From Euzebyales bacterium (GTDB taxonomy: Bacteria; Actinomycetota; Nitriliruptoria; Euzebyales; JAHELV01): a stretch of 64,000 nucleotides of DNA. Numbering within the stretch: position 1 is the first letter of the stretch; every line of letters begins with the position of its first letter. The position numbers were made by a program, and so were the translations under genes. The stretch lies in NCBI GenBank assembly GCA_035461305.1, contig DATHVN010000163.1, forward strand, positions 5,840 through 69,839. The letters run 5' to 3'. Below the pieces are notes generated by a model. The model saw only the letters and a list, made by a program, of their open reading frames with translations, did not search any database and was not told the DNA's origin. Below are positions 61,926 to 64,000 of this stretch, one piece after another.

Positions 61926-62236
61926 CCCTGGCCACGATGGATGGACGCCAGATCCACGTCGACGACGAGGGCTTCCTGACCGAGTACGCCGAGTGGGACC
62001 CCGAGCTCGCGCGCGTCCTGGCCGCGAACATCGGGATCGATCTGACCGACGAGCACCTGCGGACGATCGCGTTCCTGCGCGAGGACTACCGCGAGCAGGG
62101 CGAGACGCCGACGTTGCGGCGCGTCACAGCGGTCGGCGGGATCCCCACCAAGGAGCTGTTCCGGCTGTTCCCGAAGAAGCCCGCCAAGAAGATGGCCTAC
62201 ATCGCCGGGCTGCCCAAGCCCGTGGGCTGTGTCTGA
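61922..62236 (+). CDS. TusE/DsrC-family sulfur-relay protein (single C-terminal Cys, TusE-type)
   Basis: ATGA overlap with sqr. DEGFLTEYAEWDPELA...DEHLRTIAFLREDY... ends in the family signature PKPVGCV. There is no second Cys 10-11 residues upstream. Confidence 0.85.
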   Translation: MTLATMDGRQIHVDDEGFLTEYAEWDPELARVLAANIGIDLTDEHLRTIAFLREDYREQGETPTLRRVTAVGGIPTKELFRLFPKKPAKKMAYIAGLPKPVGCV

Positions 62237-62257
62237 GCGGCGAGGAGGTCGCAGACC

Positions 62258-62770
62258 ATGACAACCATCGCTCCCGCGCCGATTCCGTCGTTCGACGACG
62301 ATCAGGAGACTGCCGGACGCAAGCTGTGCATCATCTGCTCGAAGGGCTCGCTGGACATGGCGTACCCGGGCCTGGTCCTGGCCAACGCCGCGTTGGGCGA
62401 GGGCATCGAGACGCACCTGTTCTTCACGTTCTGGGGCTTCGACATCATCAACCGCGCGACGATGGGCCGCCTGCAGTTCTCGCCGGTCGGCAACCCGGCG
62501 ACGCACATGCCGACAGCGCTGATGGGCCTGCCGGGCATGCAGGCGTTCGCAACGCACATGATGCGCAAGCAGATCGAGGGCATCGACGTGCCCGACGTGC
62601 CGGAGTTCCTCGAGCTGATCACCGATGCCGGAGGGCACCTGTGGGCGTGCCGCATGTCGGCCGACATGATGCATGTCACCGAGGACGACCTGTACGAGCG
62701 GGTCGAGGGCATCATCAGCGCCAGCGACTTCATCGAGCTGTCCGAGGGCGCGCAGACGATCTTCGTGTGA
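62258..62770 (+). CDS. DsrE/DsrF-like sulfur-transfer family protein
   Basis: KLCIICSKGSLDMAYPGLVLANAALGEGIETHLFFTFWG and the C-terminal LWACRMSADMM are typical of DsrE2/peroxiredoxin-like DsrE proteins. Confidence 0.8.
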   Translation: MTTIAPAPIPSFDDDQETAGRKLCIICSKGSLDMAYPGLVLANAALGEGIETHLFFTFWGFDIINRATMGRLQFSPVGNPATHMPTALMGLPGMQAFATHMMRKQIEGIDVPDVPEFLELITDAGGHLWACRMSADMMHVTEDDLYERVEGIISASDFIELSEGAQTIFV

Positions 62771-63759
62771 GCCCGGCTCGCCACGTGCACGGTGACGTCG
62801 TGGGCGATCCGGTGCCGGGTGGTCCGGCGGGGGCGACCGTACGCTCGTTGATCGCGTGGCTCATGGACGGCGATCCGGCCGTGCGCTGGCAGGTCATGCG
62901 GGACCTGCTCGGCGCACCGGATGCGGCGGTCGCCGAGGAGCGTGCGCAGGTCGCCACCCGAGGATGGGGTGCGCGGCTGCTCGCAGCGCAGGACCCGGAC
63001 GGCCGCTGGGCGGGCGGGCTGTACAGCCCGAAGTGGACGTCGACGACCTACACGCTGTTGTTGCTGCAGCGGTTCGGGCTGCCCGGCTCGGACCCACAGG
63101 CGCACGCCGGCTGCAGGCTGCTGTGGGACTCCGCTGCCCGCCATGACGGCGGGCTGACCTTCGGCCGGACGAGCCGCGAGCCGGAGACGTGCATCACCGG
63201 CATGCTGGTCCTGCTCGCCGCGGCCTTCGGCCTCGACGACGAGCGCGTCGACCGGACCGTGCACTGGTTGCTGCGCCAGCAGCTCCCCGACGGCGGCTGG
63301 AACTGCGACAGCATCCGGCGGGGCTCGACGCACGGCTCGTTCCACACGTCGATCACGGTGCTCGAGGCATTGCACGCCTACGGCGGCGCGGGTGGACAGG
63401 TGGCCGTCGACCGGCACGCGGAACGTGGCCGCGCGTTCTTCCTCGCGCACCGTCTGTACCGCTCCCACCGCACCGGGGCGGTGGTCGACCCGGCGCTCAC
63501 CCGCTTCCCGTTCCCGCCGCAGTGGCACTACGACATCGTCCGTGGCCTCGAGCACTTCCGCGCGGCCGGCGCCGAGCGCGACGGTCGGATGGCGGACGCG
63601 GTGGACGAGGTGCGGCGTCGCCGGGCGCGTGACGGCACCTGGAGGACGTACCGGCCGTACCCCGGCCGCTACTGGTTCGAGCTCGAGCGGTCGGGTGCTC
63701 CGAGCCGGTGGGCGACGTTCCGGGCGCTCCGGGTCCTGCGGTGGTGGCGTGCGGACTGA
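62767..63759 (+). CDS. prenyltransferase / squalene-cyclase-repeat (alpha-alpha toroid) protein of unknown function
   Basis: Repeats of the QxxDGGW type are present (AAQDPDGRWAGG, RQQLPDGGWNC, ARDGTW). The candidate GTG start at 62767 overlaps the dsrE-like stop. Alternative ATG at 62863 (MDGDPAVRW). Confidence 0.7.
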   Translation: MSPARHVHGDVVGDPVPGGPAGATVRSLIAWLMDGDPAVRWQVMRDLLGAPDAAVAEERAQVATRGWGARLLAAQDPDGRWAGGLYSPKWTSTTYTLLLLQRFGLPGSDPQAHAGCRLLWDSAARHDGGLTFGRTSREPETCITGMLVLLAAAFGLDDERVDRTVHWLLRQQLPDGGWNCDSIRRGSTHGSFHTSITVLEALHAYGGAGGQVAVDRHAERGRAFFLAHRLYRSHRTGAVVDPALTRFPFPPQWHYDIVRGLEHFRAAGAERDGRMADAVDEVRRRRARDGTWRTYRPYPGRYWFELERSGAPSRWATFRALRVLRWWRAD

Positions 63760-64000
63760 GGTCGGCATGCCCGACGCCGACACGGGCGAGCGACACGTCG
63801 AGGGGCGATCAGGACGCGCAGACCAGCCGCAGCCTGCCGCTTCTGGGGTCGGCCTGCGGTGGTTCGTCATCATGCGTACGGAGACTGGCGCGGCGCCCCG
63901 GGTGTCGAGGACGCGCGCACGCGGTCGTCGACAGCGATCCGGACCTGCGCGCGATCCGCATCTGGCCATAGCCGGATCGTCAGCGCACGCGGACCGGTGG

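Noticed and set aside
63760-64000. A possible gene at the right edge (track ORF 63708..63971 +, and a TCA at about 63981 that could be a minus-strand stop).
   Set aside because: The plus-strand ORF is low-complexity. Any minus-strand gene would lie almost entirely outside the window, so nothing can be supported.

Overview
This is a very GC-rich, actinobacterial-type chromosomal segment; by eye it is above 70% G+C, and third codon positions are almost always G or C. It is densely coding, with about 60 supportable CDS. I recognised no rRNA, tRNA, CRISPR array, transposase or integrase. Most ORFs in the six-frame track are Arg/Pro/Gly-rich shadow ORFs on the wrong strand or frame, and I ignored them. 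Starts were refined by codon arithmetic on the ORF track.

Theme 1 (1-44.6 kb) is a dormancy/hypoxia-type supercluster. It holds four tandem USP genes, a CBS-BON protein and a CtpF-like P2 ATPase. It also holds a complete group 3b-type NAD(P)-linked [NiFe]-hydrogenase operon with an embedded cNMP-binding-domain ORF and its own maturation protease. Further members are a phosphoribosyltransferase-dienelactone hydrolase fusion, a P1B-5 ATPase with a C-terminal hemerythrin, NfeD-FloA, CorA and the proteasome activator Bpa. The list continues with an M50-CBS protease, a GH65 protein, an orphan DevS/DosT-like heme-GAF histidine kinase and an Rv2632c-like DUF1876 protein. A glycan-metabolism cluster (debranching-enzyme-like, GT4, acyltransferase) sits inside this region.

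Theme 2 (33.5-38.8 kb) is a patch of gene decay. It contains remnants of an arginine-deiminase pathway (an arcD stub and a frameshifted, internally deleted arcC). It also contains frameshifted flavodoxin, ppa and SRPBCC genes.

Theme 3 (44.8-55.3 kb) holds two unusual redox modules. The first is acs-E1alpha-E1beta-E2 followed by a translationally coupled acyl carrier protein. The second is a chimeric operon encoding a truncated GlpA-like flavoprotein, an SdhB-like Fe-S subunit and SdhC/D-like anchors.

Theme 4 (57-64 kb) holds cell-envelope genes (LCP, CDP-alcohol transferase). It also holds an sqr-tusE/dsrC-dsrE operon that ends in a prenyltransferase/terpene-cyclase-like protein. That operon is preceded by a 480-bp leader carrying a perfect 24-bp tandem hairpin repeat.

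All functional calls rest on motif and architecture recognition from the translated sequence. No database search was run.
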